Shown: one piece after another, positions 20,819 to 31,752 of the stretch
Layout: the number at the start of each line of letters is the position of its first letter
Position numbering within the stretch: position 1 is the first letter of the stretch
Origin: Bacteroidota bacterium
GTDB lineage: Bacteria > Bacteroidota > Bacteroidia > Chitinophagales > Chitinophagaceae
Length of the DNA stretch: 64,000 bases
Direction of reading: 5' to 3'
NCBI GenBank assembly: GCA_023428755.1
Contig: JAEYWX010000001.1
Location: forward strand, 157,487 to 221,486
Made by a program: the position numbers and the translations under genes
Notes under the pieces: generated by a model
Databases searched by the model: none
What the model was told of the DNA's origin: nothing
The model's input: only the letters and a program-made list of their open reading frames with translations

Positions 20819-20974
20819 TTCATTGAAAGTAAGAAATCACAATAAAAAAAACCACCTGAAAATTCAGATGGTTCTTTTAAAGTATTTTTCCCGGTCTGGT
20901 TTAATAAGATTTTAAAGACGGGCATTCAATAGATAACAAAAATCCGGCCAAACGGTTGATTTCAGCGAATATTT

Positions 20975-22822
20975 TTAATACCCCCTCACATTTTTACCAT
21001 CAAGGTAATTGAGCAGGGCTTTGTTACACACTCTGTTACCACCAGGCGTAGGATAGTTGCCGGTAAAATACCAGTCGCCTGTATTAGTGGGGCAACTGGC
21101 ATGCAGGTCTTCAATGTTTTGATAGATCACCTGCACCGGAATAGTAAATCCTGCCGGGGTAATTAACTGTGCAATTTTATCGCTGATCTCTTCGGTTGTA
21201 AATGGCTTGTATAAACGGCGCACCACATTTTCGGTATGCAGTTGATTGTTGCGTTGCAGCTCTTTAATGGTTGCATGAGCATCTTCGATCACATCATTCA
21301 TTCCCCGTTCTTTCAACAACTCAATAGCGGCCCGGAATGCAACAAAATCTCCCAGTTTGCTCATATCAATTCCATAACAATCGGGATAACGAATTTGCGG
21401 TGCACTGGAAACAACAATGATCTTCTTTGGACCAAGCCGGCCAAGCATACGCACAATACTCTCCTTCAATGTGGTACCACGTACAATGGAATCATCAATC
21501 ACCACCAATGTATCTTCACCTTTCCGTACTGTACCATAGGTAATATCATACACGTGCTGTACCATTTCATTCCGGCTGCTGTCTTCCGTAATAAACGTAC
21601 GCAGCTTTACATCTTTGATCGCAATTTTTTCCTGCCTGATCTTACGGGTGATCATTTCGTTCAACTTCTCTTCATCGAAATCTTTTCCCCAGCTCATAAT
21701 ACGTTGCACTTTGATCTGGTTCAAATATTCTTCCATCCCTTTCACCAAACCGTAAAATGCAACTTCGGCTGTATTGGGAATGTACGAGAAGATGGTATTC
21801 TTCAAATCGTAATCAATATGTTCAAGTATCCGCTTGCTTAATTTGTGACCAAGCGTAATACGTTCACGATAAATTTTTTCATCACTACCACGGCTGAAAT
21901 AGATCCGCTCAAACGAACAGGCTCTGCGTTCCTTCGGTTCCAACACCTGGTCAATATGATAACTACCATCTGCTTCTACAATCAATGCCTGTCCCGGCAT
22001 TAATTCCAATACTTCATTTTCACCCACATTGAATGTGGTGCGAATGGCGGCACGTTCACTTGCAGCAACGATCACTTCGTTATCAATGTAATAATAAGCC
22101 GGACGAATTCCATGTGCATCACGCATTACAAAGCTGGCTCCATTGCCCGTCATCCCACCAATGGTATAACCACCATCAAATAACGGTGTTGCTTTTTTCA
22201 ACACATTGCTTATCGATGGACTATTGGGGCTTTGTTCATCTTCCTTCACCAGGAAATGGTGCACTACTTCCATCATCGCTGCCAGATCACTCTGCTTTTG
22301 AAATTCACCCGGATCAATGTTGATTAGATTAAACAATTCATCAGTATTCACCAGGTTGAAGTTACCTGCCAAGGCCAGGTTTCGTGATGGATGCGTATTG
22401 CGTTTGATGAACGGGTGACAAAATTCTACATTGTTTTTTCCCTGGGTACCGTAGCGGAGATGTCCCAGCATCAGCTCACCCAAAAAAGGCAGATGCCCTT
22501 TCATTAATCCGGCGTGCTGTTTAATATCGGGCTGATATTTTTCCAGCTCCTGCACTTCCTGTCCTACTTTAAAAAACAAATCGGCAATGGGTTGATTGGC
22601 ACTGCTGCGCAGCCGGTGGAGAAAAGGATAACCCGGTTCTACATCCAGTTTAACAGCAGCAATACCCGCACCATCCTGCCCACGGTTGTGTTGCTTTTCC
22701 ATGAGGAGGTACAGCTTGTTAAGGCCATACAGCACCGAGCCATATTGTTTCTGGTAATGAGAGAAGGGTTTGCGTAAACGAATGAAGGCCAGGCCGCATT
22801 CGTGTTTAATTTCGTCGCTCAT
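20975..22822 (-). CDS. purF: Amidophosphoribosyltransferase (class II glutamine amidotransferase)
   Basis: MSDEIKHECG (N-terminal nucleophile Cys after a short propeptide), RGQDGAG, VIDDSIVRGTT PRPP motif. Start at ATG 22822; TACCTTTG box at 22871-22878. Confidence 0.9.
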   Translation of the reverse strand: MSDEIKHECGLAFIRLRKPFSHYQKQYGSVLYGLNKLYLLMEKQHNRGQDGAGIAAVKLDVEPGYPFLHRLRSSANQPIADLFFKVGQEVQELEKYQPDIKQHAGLMKGHLPFLGELMLGHLRYGTQGKNNVEFCHPFIKRNTHPSRNLALAGNFNLVNTDELFNLINIDPGEFQKQSDLAAMMEVVHHFLVKEDEQSPNSPSISNVLKKATPLFDGGYTIGGMTGNGASFVMRDAHGIRPAYYYIDNEVIVAASERAAIRTTFNVGENEVLELMPGQALIVEADGSYHIDQVLEPKERRACSFERIYFSRGSDEKIYRERITLGHKLSKRILEHIDYDLKNTIFSYIPNTAEVAFYGLVKGMEEYLNQIKVQRIMSWGKDFDEEKLNEMITRKIRQEKIAIKDVKLRTFITEDSSRNEMVQHVYDITYGTVRKGEDTLVVIDDSIVRGTTLKESIVRMLGRLGPKKIIVVSSAPQIRYPDCYGIDMSKLGDFVAFRAAIELLKERGMNDVIEDAHATIKELQRNNQLHTENVVRRLYKPFTTEEISDKIAQLITPAGFTIPVQVIYQNIEDLHASCPTNTGDWYFTGNYPTPGGNRVCNKALLNYLDGKNVRGY

Positions 22823-22902
22823 GATAGTTGTGAGAAGTCGGCCTTGGCTTTCCCTTGGCCTATGAAGGCGCAAAGGTAAGAATCAAAGGCAACATTACTG
22901 CA

Positions 22903-23460
22903 TTAATTCAGCACCGTTTCGGGATGCAGGCTTTCCGCCAGCCACAAAAACTCCCTTACAAACACGTCTACATTCTTCTGAAAAGCTTCATCAAGCAGGT
23001 TTCCGTCCGCATCAAACTTCTTATCAACACCTCCTACTACCAACATATACGGACTGGCAATTCCAAATAATGCATTGATGAGCAACTGCATTTGCTGTGT
23101 GGCACGCATACCGCCCATGATTCCAGGGCTGGCGGTAACAATGCCAAACGCTTTATGACTTTGCTTGGGATAGTGATCAAGCAAATTTTTCATGGCCGAT
23201 GTATAACTGCCATTGTATTCAGGTGTAACTAGAATAAATGCGTGTGCATTGAACATCCGTGTACTCAACGGTTTAAATTCATCGGGTGTAGCTTCCACCG
23301 ATACAAACACATTCTGCAACAACGGCAAGTCCCATTCCTTTACAGCTATAATATTTACGGTATGCGATGTACGCTCCGCCAATAATTTTTGAAGAAATAC
23401 TGCCACCCGGTGGGTTACGCTGTTTTCCCTGGGGCTGGCTGAAATTATTTCGATATTCAT
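22903..23460 (-). CDS. NADPH-dependent FMN reductase
   Basis: SASPRENS and VTPEYNGSYTSAMKNLLD; start at ATG 23460. Confidence 0.9.
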   Translation of the reverse strand: MNIEIISASPRENSVTHRVAVFLQKLLAERTSHTVNIIAVKEWDLPLLQNVFVSVEATPDEFKPLSTRMFNAHAFILVTPEYNGSYTSAMKNLLDHYPKQSHKAFGIVTASPGIMGGMRATQQMQLLINALFGIASPYMLVVGGVDKKFDADGNLLDEAFQKNVDVFVREFLWLAESLHPETVLN

Positions 23461-23462
23461 TG

Positions 23463-24173
23463 TTAATGATTGATGGGTGATTCGATAATAATCAATTCTG
23501 TTTCTTTTGTAAAGTTGCATTTCAACTGATCCGTTTCCCAAATGCCAACTGCATCTCTCTTGCCAATTTTAATGCCATTTACCTCGGCTTCGCCTTCCAT
23601 CAGAAATACAAAAATACCTTTATTCACAGGATTGAATTGATAATTCACTGACTGGCCTTGCTCAAACCACCCAAGACTGAGCTTAGCATTCTGATTGATC
23701 CAGCAATGTTGTTGTCCTTCTTCGTTACTCACGACAGTTACCAATTGATTCTTTCGTTTTTCTTTTGGAAAATGTCTGCGTTGGTAACGGGGGTTAATAT
23801 TCTGCAGTTTGGGTTCGATCCATATCTGCAAAAAGTTTACCTCATCGGTTCCTACATTGTATTCTTCATGACGTAATCCGCTGCCTGCACTCATGATCTG
23901 CACCCAGTCTTTCTCCACTACTTCTGCATAACCCATGCTGTCTTTGTGATTCATTTGTCCGTTCAGCATAATGCTGATGATCTCCATGTTTTGATGCGGA
24001 TGCAATCCAAAACCTTTACCGGCTTCCACAAAATCATCATTGAAGACTTTCAACAAACCAAATCCATTTCTGGCTGGATTGTAATAAGATGAAAAGGAGA
24101 ATGTAAAATTACTTTTAAGCCAACCAATATCTTTTACACCTCTTTCCGAACCGTTGAATAAAATATGTTGCAT
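23463..24173 (-). CDS. Pirin family protein (YhhW-like)
   Basis: GFGLHPHQNMEI, HKDSMG, MSAGSGLRHEE, LQIWIEP; start at ATG 24173. Confidence 0.92.
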   Translation of the reverse strand: MQHILFNGSERGVKDIGWLKSNFTFSFSSYYNPARNGFGLLKVFNDDFVEAGKGFGLHPHQNMEIISIMLNGQMNHKDSMGYAEVVEKDWVQIMSAGSGLRHEEYNVGTDEVNFLQIWIEPKLQNINPRYQRRHFPKEKRKNQLVTVVSNEEGQQHCWINQNAKLSLGWFEQGQSVNYQFNPVNKGIFVFLMEGEAEVNGIKIGKRDAVGIWETDQLKCNFTKETELIIIESPINH

Positions 24174-24178
24174 GAATG

Positions 24179-24559
24179 TTAGTTGATCTGTACGTTTAAT
24201 TCCGAAGCTGCTCCTAATGTTTTTGAAACTGGACAATTTTTTGCCACCTGAATCAATCGCTGCTGCTGCTCTGCTGTTAACGGGTGTTCAAATTTCAATT
24301 GGCGGCTGATAATTGTTTTGCCCTCTTCCCGTTTCAGGGAAACGGAAATATCAATTGTCCCTACATTCCACTGTTTGTGATCGGTGTACATGCGCAATGT
24401 AACCAAGGTACAACTGGCCAAGGCTGCTTCGAGTAACTCATCAGGAGTTGGTGCTGTATCCATTCCACCTTTATCAACCGGCTCATCAGCAAAAAACTGA
24501 TGGCGGCCATTGCTATGCGTTACTTTGTATTTTTCTGTACCAATTGTTGAATTGATCAT
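24179..24559 (-). CDS. OsmC family protein
   Basis: DEPVDKGG..TAPTPDELLEAALASC...NCPVSKTL (two Cys). Confidence 0.9.
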   Translation of the reverse strand: MINSTIGTEKYKVTHSNGRHQFFADEPVDKGGMDTAPTPDELLEAALASCTLVTLRMYTDHKQWNVGTIDISVSLKREEGKTIISRQLKFEHPLTAEQQQRLIQVAKNCPVSKTLGAASELNVQIN

Positions 24560-24564
24560 ATTGC

Positions 24565-25425
24565 TTAATTGAGGTGCCCAAACTTACCGGCATTGTAGTC
24601 ATCAATAGCCTGCATAATTTCCTGTTGAGTATTCATCACAAAAGGACCGTATGCTGCCACCGGTTCGGTAATGGGTTCACCACTTAACAATAACAGATGT
24701 GTTTCATTATTTGTTTGAATATGGATACGCTCCCCATTGTTATCAAATACCAGCATCTCGCCTTCACGTGCGGTTTTTTCATCATTGATAAGAACAGTTC
24801 CTTTCAACACAAGCAACGTGGTGTGATCGCCTTCCACAACATTCAAATCAAATGATGCATCTGGTTTTGCGTGTACATCAAAAATATTGATACGTGTAAA
24901 TGTGTTGGCTGCTCCTTTTACACCGTTCATTTCACCGGCAATGATGCGGATCTTTCCTTTTGCATCTGCCAACTGAATTTCAGGAATATCGTTTGAACGG
25001 ATATCCTGATAAGCTGGTGGAGTGGATTTATCTTTTGCGGGTAAATTTACCCAGAGCTGCACACCATGCAGTACGCCGCCTTTTTTACTGAATTCTTCCT
25101 CATGAAATTCTTTGTGCAGAATGCCTGCACCGGCTGTCATCCACTGCACATCACCGGCAAAAATTTTTCCTTTTCCGCCGCTGCTGTCTTCGTGTGCCAA
25201 TGCACCTTCCCATAAAATACTCACCGTTTCAAAACCCTTGTGTGGATGTACATCTACACCACGTGGATGATCCGTAGGTAGATAATTGGTGGGCTCAATA
25301 TAATCAAGCATCAGGAAAGGACTCATATCCTTCCACATCGCCGACGAAATAAACGTCCGTACTTTAAATCCATCTCCTACCATATGCGGCTGAGCCGCTT
25401 TCCTGATATACTTGACCTGTTTCAT
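24565..25425 (-). CDS. Pirin family protein (full-length, with Pirin_C)
   Basis: HPHKGFETV, WMTAGAGILHKE, YGPFVMNT. Confidence 0.93.
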   Translation of the reverse strand: MKQVKYIRKAAQPHMVGDGFKVRTFISSAMWKDMSPFLMLDYIEPTNYLPTDHPRGVDVHPHKGFETVSILWEGALAHEDSSGGKGKIFAGDVQWMTAGAGILHKEFHEEEFSKKGGVLHGVQLWVNLPAKDKSTPPAYQDIRSNDIPEIQLADAKGKIRIIAGEMNGVKGAANTFTRINIFDVHAKPDASFDLNVVEGDHTTLLVLKGTVLINDEKTAREGEMLVFDNNGERIHIQTNNETHLLLLSGEPITEPVAAYGPFVMNTQQEIMQAIDDYNAGKFGHLN

Positions 25426-25444
25426 GCTATTACGATTGCATTGT

Positions 25445-25470
25445 TGAAAACGGGCGTTTGCCCGTTTTCA
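25445..25470. terminator. Intra-cluster hairpin/terminator after yceI
   Basis: TGAAAACGGGC-GTTT-GCCCGTTTTCA perfect stem. Confidence 0.65.
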
Positions 25471-25992
25471 TTATTGTTTTACAAACTGAACGTTCAGTTG
25501 CAGCTTTACCTCATCACTCACTACTACACCACCTGCTTCTGTTACTGCATCCCAGCCTAAGCCGAATTCTTTACGCTTGATTTTTCCTTCAGCTTCAAAA
25601 CCAACTTTTGTTTGACCCCATGGATCAACCATTACGCCGTTAAAATCAGCTTTCAGTTCAATTGGTTTTGTTACATCACGAATGGTAAGATCACCTTTTA
25701 CTACCAAACCATCATCGGTTTTGCTTACTGAAGTAGAAACGAATTTCAACTCAGGGAATTTTTCTGCGTTAAAGAAATCATCACTCTTCAGGTGCGCATC
25801 TCTTTGCTCACTGCGTGTATCTACACTGTTGATATCTGCAGTAAAGGTTACTGCTGCATCGCTGAAATCTTCTGTATCAGCAGATAATGTTGCATCAAAT
25901 GCTTTGAACTGACCTGTTACTGTTGTGATCATCAGGTGTTTTACTTTGAAGAGAATGTCGCTGTGTGAAGCGTCGATTTTGTACGTTGCCAT
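25471..25992 (-). CDS. YceI family protein
   Basis: IDASHS..FKVKHLM, RDAHLKSDDFF, GDLTIRDVTK, DPWG. Confidence 0.95.
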   Translation of the reverse strand: MATYKIDASHSDILFKVKHLMITTVTGQFKAFDATLSADTEDFSDAAVTFTADINSVDTRSEQRDAHLKSDDFFNAEKFPELKFVSTSVSKTDDGLVVKGDLTIRDVTKPIELKADFNGVMVDPWGQTKVGFEAEGKIKRKEFGLGWDAVTEAGGVVVSDEVKLQLNVQFVKQ

Positions 25993-26040
25993 TTTGTTTG
26001 TGTTTAGTTTTTGTTTTTTATGAAATGTTGATTTAGACGT

Positions 26041-26754
26041 TTAGTTGAGCATGGGTACTTCCATTAATAATATCCGTGCATCAGCATCGGCTGTAATGGT
26101 GAGAGTATCTGTTTCGCTAATACCCAAACCATCCCGTTTGTTAAGTGCTTCACCATTGATGGTTACATCACCTTCCAACACAAATGCATATACCCCGCTG
26201 TTTGTTCCTTTCAGTTGATATTCTTTGGTAATTCCTTTATCAAGGTTACCAAGGCTGAACCATGCATCCTGGTGAATCCACACACCTTCATCATCTGCAT
26301 TGGGACTAAGCACCTGCAGCAGATTGTTTTTCATTTTGCTTTCATCGAGGGTGATTTGTCCGTACCGTGGCTGCACATTTTTCTTGTTCGGGAATACCCA
26401 TATCTGTAAAAACTTTACTTCTTTGTCTTTGTTGGCATTCATTTCACTATGAGCAATGCCGGTTCCTGCGCTCATCACCTGGATATCACCTTGTTTAATG
26501 ATGGCTTCGTTGCCCATACTGTCTTTGTGTTTCAAATCGCCACTTAACGGAATTGAAATAATTTCCATATTATCGTGTGGATGTGTACCAAAGCCCATAC
26601 CTGCTGCAACCGAATCATCATTCAACACCCGCAGTGCACCAAAATGAATCCGCTCCGGGTTGTAATAACCGGCAAAGCTGAAACTGTGGTAACTGTTGAG
26701 CCAGCCATGATTTGCATGACCCCTGGTTGCTGCTTTGTGTAAGACCTTTTTCAT
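26041..26754 (-). CDS. Pirin family protein (YhhW-like)
   Basis: RGHANHGWL, GFGTHPHDNMEI, MSAGTGIAHSE. Confidence 0.93.
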   Translation of the reverse strand: MKKVLHKAATRGHANHGWLNSYHSFSFAGYYNPERIHFGALRVLNDDSVAAGMGFGTHPHDNMEIISIPLSGDLKHKDSMGNEAIIKQGDIQVMSAGTGIAHSEMNANKDKEVKFLQIWVFPNKKNVQPRYGQITLDESKMKNNLLQVLSPNADDEGVWIHQDAWFSLGNLDKGITKEYQLKGTNSGVYAFVLEGDVTINGEALNKRDGLGISETDTLTITADADARILLMEVPMLN

Positions 26755-26768
26755 AATTACTCCCTTAT

Positions 26769-26786
26769 TACATGTATGTACATGTA
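26769..26786. promoter_or_regulatory. Putative MarR operator (TACATGTATGTACATGTA) upstream of pirin-yceI cluster
   Basis: Near-palindrome with a second copy at 27270-27287. Confidence 0.7.
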
Positions 26787-26802
26787 TTTGTTTAAAAAAA
26801 TA

Positions 26803-27261
26803 TCAACTTTCTTTTGCCCTGATCTGCTCCAGCAACTGGTTGAGTGCTGCTGCTTCCGCATCATTGATTTGAAGGGTTGATTCAAATACTGCATTGATGC
26901 GCTGTGTACTCAGCTCCAGAATATTTAAACCGGCTGCAGTAAGTGACATCACTGTATGGCGCTTGTCGTTTGCATCAGTTGTTCGCTTTACCAGCTTTTT
27001 CAATACCAGCCGGTCTATGATACGAGGAACATTTGAACTTTTCTCAATCATACGGCCGGCAATATCCTTTACACACATTTCATCGGGCGACTTCCCTTTC
27101 AGAATCCTGAGCACATTGTATTGCTCATGGGTTAAACCAAAATCTTTCAACTCACGACTCATCAGGGTTTTCAGCCACCAGGCAGTATATAATATATTGA
27201 GTCCCGCTTTATGGGTTTCATTTTTAAAATTCACGCTTTGTATGGCTTGTTCCAGTTTCAC
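26803..27261 (-). CDS. MarR family transcriptional regulator
   Basis: GLTHEQYNVLRIL, SNVPRIIDRLV, DKRHTVMSLT; likely GTG start at 27261. Confidence 0.9.
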   Translation of the reverse strand: MKLEQAIQSVNFKNETHKAGLNILYTAWWLKTLMSRELKDFGLTHEQYNVLRILKGKSPDEMCVKDIAGRMIEKSSNVPRIIDRLVLKKLVKRTTDANDKRHTVMSLTAAGLNILELSTQRINAVFESTLQINDAEAAALNQLLEQIRAKES

Positions 27262-27265
27262 AATG

Positions 27266-27287
27266 CAAATGTATGTACATACATGTA
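27266..27287 (-). promoter_or_regulatory. marR promoter -7 box (TACATTTG, 27266-27273) overlapped by second operator copy
   Basis: Minus strand reads TACATGTATGTACATACATTTG-CATT-GTG. Confidence 0.7.
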
Positions 27288-27298
27288 ATTTTCCAAAC

Positions 27299-27333
27299 AA
27301 AAAGGCCATCGGTTGGAACCGGTGGCCTTTTTT
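27299..27333 (-). terminator. Intrinsic terminator after surA
   Basis: AAAGGCCATCGGTT...AACCGGTGGCCTTT hairpin with A/T tracts on both sides. Confidence 0.75.
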
Positions 27334-27342
27334 CACAATTTC

Positions 27343-28698
27343 TTAGTTTTTAACCAGCTCTGGAAGGATCGCTTTCATGGTAGCACAGTCTTTGTACTCA
27401 TCCTCGATCTCCACAAAAAATGTTTTGGAATTTTTGATGAACCATTTTTCCAGCTCTTTCTCTTTTTTCTCTTCCAATGCTCTTGCTGACAACTTACTGT
27501 AATCATCAGCCAGGTTTTCACGATGCGGGGCTGTACGTGCAATGAGATAAATTAAACGAACACCTTTTTTGCCACGCAGGTCTGTAAAAGCAAAGGGTTG
27601 CGAAAATTCGCCCGGCTTCAGTTTCTCCAGCAATGGAATCATGTCTTTATCCAACTCATCGATGGTAACAATGGATGAACCATCCTGTCCACGCATAATT
27701 CCTGCTGTGAACTTTGAGTTCTCTTCATCGGAATATTTGCTTACAGCTTCACCAAATTTCATGGCGCCGGTAATCAGCTTGGAACGAACTGTATCAAGTT
27801 TATTAATGGCATCGTTGATATCATTTTCGTTGATGCGTGGGATCTTTAAGATATGACGAACCGTTACTTCATCTCCGTTACGGGACAGACACTGTATAAT
27901 ATGATATCCGAATTTTGATTTGATGACTCTTGAAACCTGTCCTTCTTTTAAACTCATGGCAGTGTTAAAGAAAGCAGGATCCCATTGATTATCGCCCCGG
28001 TTCAGTACATAGAGCCCGGCATTTTCCTTAGCAGCCGGGTCATCGCTATACTGTGATGCGAGGAAATCCATTTTTTTGGTTCCCGCTTCTACCTGGCGTT
28101 TGAATTCTTTCAACTCATCTTGTGCATACTCCTCCATTTCACGACCCGCCTTTGGATACACCACAATTTCACCGATCTCTAATTCTGTTTCGTAAAACGC
28201 TAAGCTATCTTTCGGAATCCGATTGAAATAGGCACGTACTTCTGTGGGTGTGATCTTTACATTTTCTACAATTTTATTCCGCATGGCACCTGAAAGCTTA
28301 CTTTCTTTAATAGGTTCCCGCATTTCTTCACGAAACTGGAAAATGGTTTTTCCGGTAATCTGTTCAATTACTTCCTTGGAACCGTATTGCTGAATAAAAT
28401 AACGAAGACGGTTATCTACATCTGCTTCAACTTCTTCTTCACTGATCGGCAGCGAATCTTTTTCGGCCTGAATAGCCAGCATTTTATTGATGATGAGTTG
28501 CTGCATCAGGTAGCATGATGCATCGGGTGGTAATTCATAATCTTTCGCCCGGGCATCATTGATCTGGTTGTCAATGTCCGACTTCAGCACGATCCTGTCG
28601 CCCACCACACCAATTATCTTATCTGCAACAATCTTCTTTGTTTGCGCCTGTACCGCCAGAGCGGCCACAACTGCAACAATTGTAAATAACTTCTTCAT
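27343..28698 (-). CDS. surA: SurA-like periplasmic chaperone / parvulin PPIase
   Basis: Signal peptide, DKIIGVVG SurA-N, two rotamase domains (ASQYSDD, SKFGYHII, VRHIL). Confidence 0.88.
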   Translation of the reverse strand: MKKLFTIVAVVAALAVQAQTKKIVADKIIGVVGDRIVLKSDIDNQINDARAKDYELPPDASCYLMQQLIINKMLAIQAEKDSLPISEEEVEADVDNRLRYFIQQYGSKEVIEQITGKTIFQFREEMREPIKESKLSGAMRNKIVENVKITPTEVRAYFNRIPKDSLAFYETELEIGEIVVYPKAGREMEEYAQDELKEFKRQVEAGTKKMDFLASQYSDDPAAKENAGLYVLNRGDNQWDPAFFNTAMSLKEGQVSRVIKSKFGYHIIQCLSRNGDEVTVRHILKIPRINENDINDAINKLDTVRSKLITGAMKFGEAVSKYSDEENSKFTAGIMRGQDGSSIVTIDELDKDMIPLLEKLKPGEFSQPFAFTDLRGKKGVRLIYLIARTAPHRENLADDYSKLSARALEEKKEKELEKWFIKNSKTFFVEIEDEYKDCATMKAILPELVKN

Positions 28699-28793
28699 TT
28701 GTTTGAGATGAATATCAAAAGTAATAGAGATGGCCGTCTTATGAGCACGGCCATCGTTGTTTTAACAATCTGTTTCTATGTATTGCACCAGGC

Positions 28794-31664
28794 TTACAGT
28801 GTACGTTTCACTTCTTCTTCTTCAAAGGCTACAATGGTATCACCTACATTGAGATCGCTGAAGTTTTTAATGGTTAAACCACACTCCATGTTAGAAGCTA
28901 CTTCTTTTGCATCGTCTTTAAAGCGTTTCAAACTTCCCAACTCTGCAAAACCACCCTCTGTACGGGGATACACCAATACACCATCACGGAAGAGTCGGAT
29001 CTTCGCATCACGCTTCATTTTTCCTTCGAGTACATAACAACCGGCAACGGTTGCTTTATCAAATTTGTACACTTCACGGATCTCAACAGTTGCAACTTCC
29101 TTCTCAGTGATCTTAGGTTCCAGCAAGCCTTCCATCGCACTCTTTACTTCTTCAATAGCGTTGTAGATGATCGAGTAGTTCTTGATCTCCACACCTTCCT
29201 GCTCCGCCAATCTGGATGCCTGCAACGAAGGACGAACGTTAAATCCGATCAGGATGGCATCCGATGCACTTGCCAATGTTACATCGGCTTCAGAGATCTG
29301 ACCCACTGCTTTATGCACCACATTCACCGCAATTTCTTCGGTTGAAAGTTTCTGTAATGAATCGGTTAAGGCTTCTACCGAACCATCCACATCACCTTTA
29401 ATAATGAGGTTGAGTTCTTTAAAGTTACCCAATGCCAAACGACGACCGATCTCATCGAGTGTAATGTGTTTCTTGGTTCTGATACCTTGCTCACGGAGGA
29501 TCTGTGCACGACGGCCGGCAATTTCTTTTGCCTCAGCTTCATCTTCATACACTTTAAATTTCTCACCCGCCTGTGGCGCACCATTTAAACCGAGTATTTG
29601 CACCGGAGTAGAAGGACCTGCCTTGTCTACCCGCTGGTTGCGCTCATTGAACATAGCTTTGATACGTCCGTAGTACTGACCCGATACAATGAGATCACCT
29701 TGTTTGAGTGTTCCGTTTTGTACCAGAATGGTTGCTACGTAACCACGTCCTTTGTCCAATGATGCTTCAACGATGGTACCTGAACCTTCCCGGTTGGGAT
29801 TGGCTTTCAGTTCCAGCAACTCAGCTTCAAATGATATTTTTTCCAACAGCTTATCAATGTTCAATCCTTTTTTGGCCGAGAGTTCCTGGCTTTGGAATTT
29901 ACCACCCCAGTCTTCTACCAAAATATTCATTTGTGATAACTGCTCGTATATTTTTTGCGGATTGGCTCCGTCTTTATCGATCTTGTTTACGGCAAAGATC
30001 ATCGGAACACCAGCTGCTTGTGCGTGACTGATGGCCTCTTTTGTTTGTGGCATCACCGCATCATCGGCCGCCACTACGATCACCGCAATATCCGTCACTT
30101 TCGCACCACGTGCACGCATGGCGGTAAACGCTTCGTGACCGGGTGTATCGAGGAAGGTGATTTTTTTACCGGCAGCATTGGTTACTTCGTAAGCGCCAAT
30201 GTGCTGGGTAATACCTCCGGCCTCGCCCGATACTACGTTTGCATTACGGATATAATCGAGTAATGAAGTTTTACCATGATCTACGTGACCCATGATAGTA
30301 ACAATAGGCGCACGTGGCTGCAGACTGTCTGCATCATCATCGTCTTCTTCCTCCTCCATTTCAGCCTGTTTCTCCATATCGATGAATTCCACTTCAAAGC
30401 CAAACTCACCTGCTACCAGTTCAATTACCTCAGCATCGAGACGCTGGTTAATAGAAACCATCATTCCCAAGCTGAAACATTTTGCCACAACATCGGTTGC
30501 CGATACATCCATTAAACTGGCAAGTTCAGCTGCACTGATAAACTCAGTTACCTGCAGCTTGTTGTCTTCGCCACCTTCCTGCATGTTATCAGCCATTTCA
30601 TCACGCTTCAGTTTGCGGTATTTTGCTTTTAAGCTCTTACCTCTTCCGCCCTGGCCTGAAAGTTTGGCTTGTGTTTCACGGAGTTTTTCCTGGATCTCTT
30701 TTGCGTCGATCACTTTATCTTCTCTGCGACCCTGACCTGCACCACGTCCACGATCGTTTCTGTTACTGCCACCGCCGGGACGGGTATCGCCTCTGCGTTG
30801 AATGCCGATGGTAGGACCGGTACGGGCCGGAGGAGTTCCGCCAGATTGCTGACCACCTGATTGTTGACCAGGTGCTGTTTTTTTATCGATCGGGATACGT
30901 TTCCGTTTCCGTTTTTCTTTATCCGTAACCGGTTTAGGTCTTGTTTCAGAATTAACCGGCAATTCGATCTTACCCAGAATTTTCGGACCTTCTAATTTTT
31001 CGGCCTTGATATTTTCAATAACAACATCTTCGTCTTCTTCCTCTTCGGTAACCACCTGTTGTTCCACAACGGGTTGCACTTCTACTTTTTCTTCCTGCTT
31101 CACCACTTCCGGCTCTTCCGCCTTTGGCTCTTCCTTTTTCTTCTTCTCTACTTTCTTCGGGCGTGTAGAGGAGTCGATCTTATCGAGGTCGATCTTGGTA
31201 ACGATCTTTGGACCTTCCACTTCAGGCGCTTCGATCTTAATCACCTCCGGCTCCGGTGCAACCACTTCAACGGGCTTCACTTCTTCCACCTTCGGCTCTT
31301 CCACTACAACCACAGGAGGCTCCGGTGCAACCACTTCAACGGGCTTCACTTCTTCCACCTTCGGCTCTTCTTTTACAATCTTCTTTACTTCCTTTTTGAT
31401 CGAAAGATCTTCTTCTTCTTTCTTTTTCTTGAGATCGGCCATGCCGCCTTTGGGAATTTCGATCTGATCACTTTTTGCTTTCGCCAGTTTATCAGATGAG
31501 AATTCTGCCTGCAACGAACGGTACATGGTTTCTGTAAGCTTTGCAGTTGGTTTCAAATCATCTTTGCTGAAACCTTTCCCCACCAAAAAGTCAATAAGGG
31601 TATCCTTACCAATATTAAACTCCTTGGCAGCGGCCATCAAACGTGGTGTATTACTTTCTGACAT
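28794..31664 (-). CDS. infB: Translation initiation factor IF-2
   Basis: [32 protein letters not shown]. Confidence 0.99.
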   Translation of the reverse strand: MSESNTPRLMAAAKEFNIGKDTLIDFLVGKGFSKDDLKPTAKLTETMYRSLQAEFSSDKLAKAKSDQIEIPKGGMADLKKKKEEEDLSIKKEVKKIVKEEPKVEEVKPVEVVAPEPPVVVVEEPKVEEVKPVEVVAPEPEVIKIEAPEVEGPKIVTKIDLDKIDSSTRPKKVEKKKKEEPKAEEPEVVKQEEKVEVQPVVEQQVVTEEEEDEDVVIENIKAEKLEGPKILGKIELPVNSETRPKPVTDKEKRKRKRIPIDKKTAPGQQSGGQQSGGTPPARTGPTIGIQRRGDTRPGGGSNRNDRGRGAGQGRREDKVIDAKEIQEKLRETQAKLSGQGGRGKSLKAKYRKLKRDEMADNMQEGGEDNKLQVTEFISAAELASLMDVSATDVVAKCFSLGMMVSINQRLDAEVIELVAGEFGFEVEFIDMEKQAEMEEEEDDDDADSLQPRAPIVTIMGHVDHGKTSLLDYIRNANVVSGEAGGITQHIGAYEVTNAAGKKITFLDTPGHEAFTAMRARGAKVTDIAVIVVAADDAVMPQTKEAISHAQAAGVPMIFAVNKIDKDGANPQKIYEQLSQMNILVEDWGGKFQSQELSAKKGLNIDKLLEKISFEAELLELKANPNREGSGTIVEASLDKGRGYVATILVQNGTLKQGDLIVSGQYYGRIKAMFNERNQRVDKAGPSTPVQILGLNGAPQAGEKFKVYEDEAEAKEIAGRRAQILREQGIRTKKHITLDEIGRRLALGNFKELNLIIKGDVDGSVEALTDSLQKLSTEEIAVNVVHKAVGQISEADVTLASASDAILIGFNVRPSLQASRLAEQEGVEIKNYSIIYNAIEEVKSAMEGLLEPKITEKEVATVEIREVYKFDKATVAGCYVLEGKMKRDAKIRLFRDGVLVYPRTEGGFAELGSLKRFKDDAKEVASNMECGLTIKNFSDLNVGDTIVAFEEEEVKRTL
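31249..31370. repeat. Exact 53-bp direct repeat (69-bp period) within infB N-terminal linker
   Basis: 31249-31301 is identical to 31318-31370; encodes [18 protein letters not shown] twice. Confidence 0.9.
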
Positions 31665-31752
31665 AATTTACTTCCCTCACCCATGCCGGAGCAGGCAGGG
31701 AATATCTTGTTTAATTGTTTAAATATATCAACCCAGAATAACCGTTTCCGGT

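Noticed and set aside
28699..28793. Absence of rbfA after infB; hairpin at 28729-28755
   Set aside because: rbfA is often unlinked in Bacteroidota, and the hairpin has no minus-strand U-tract, so it was not called a terminator.
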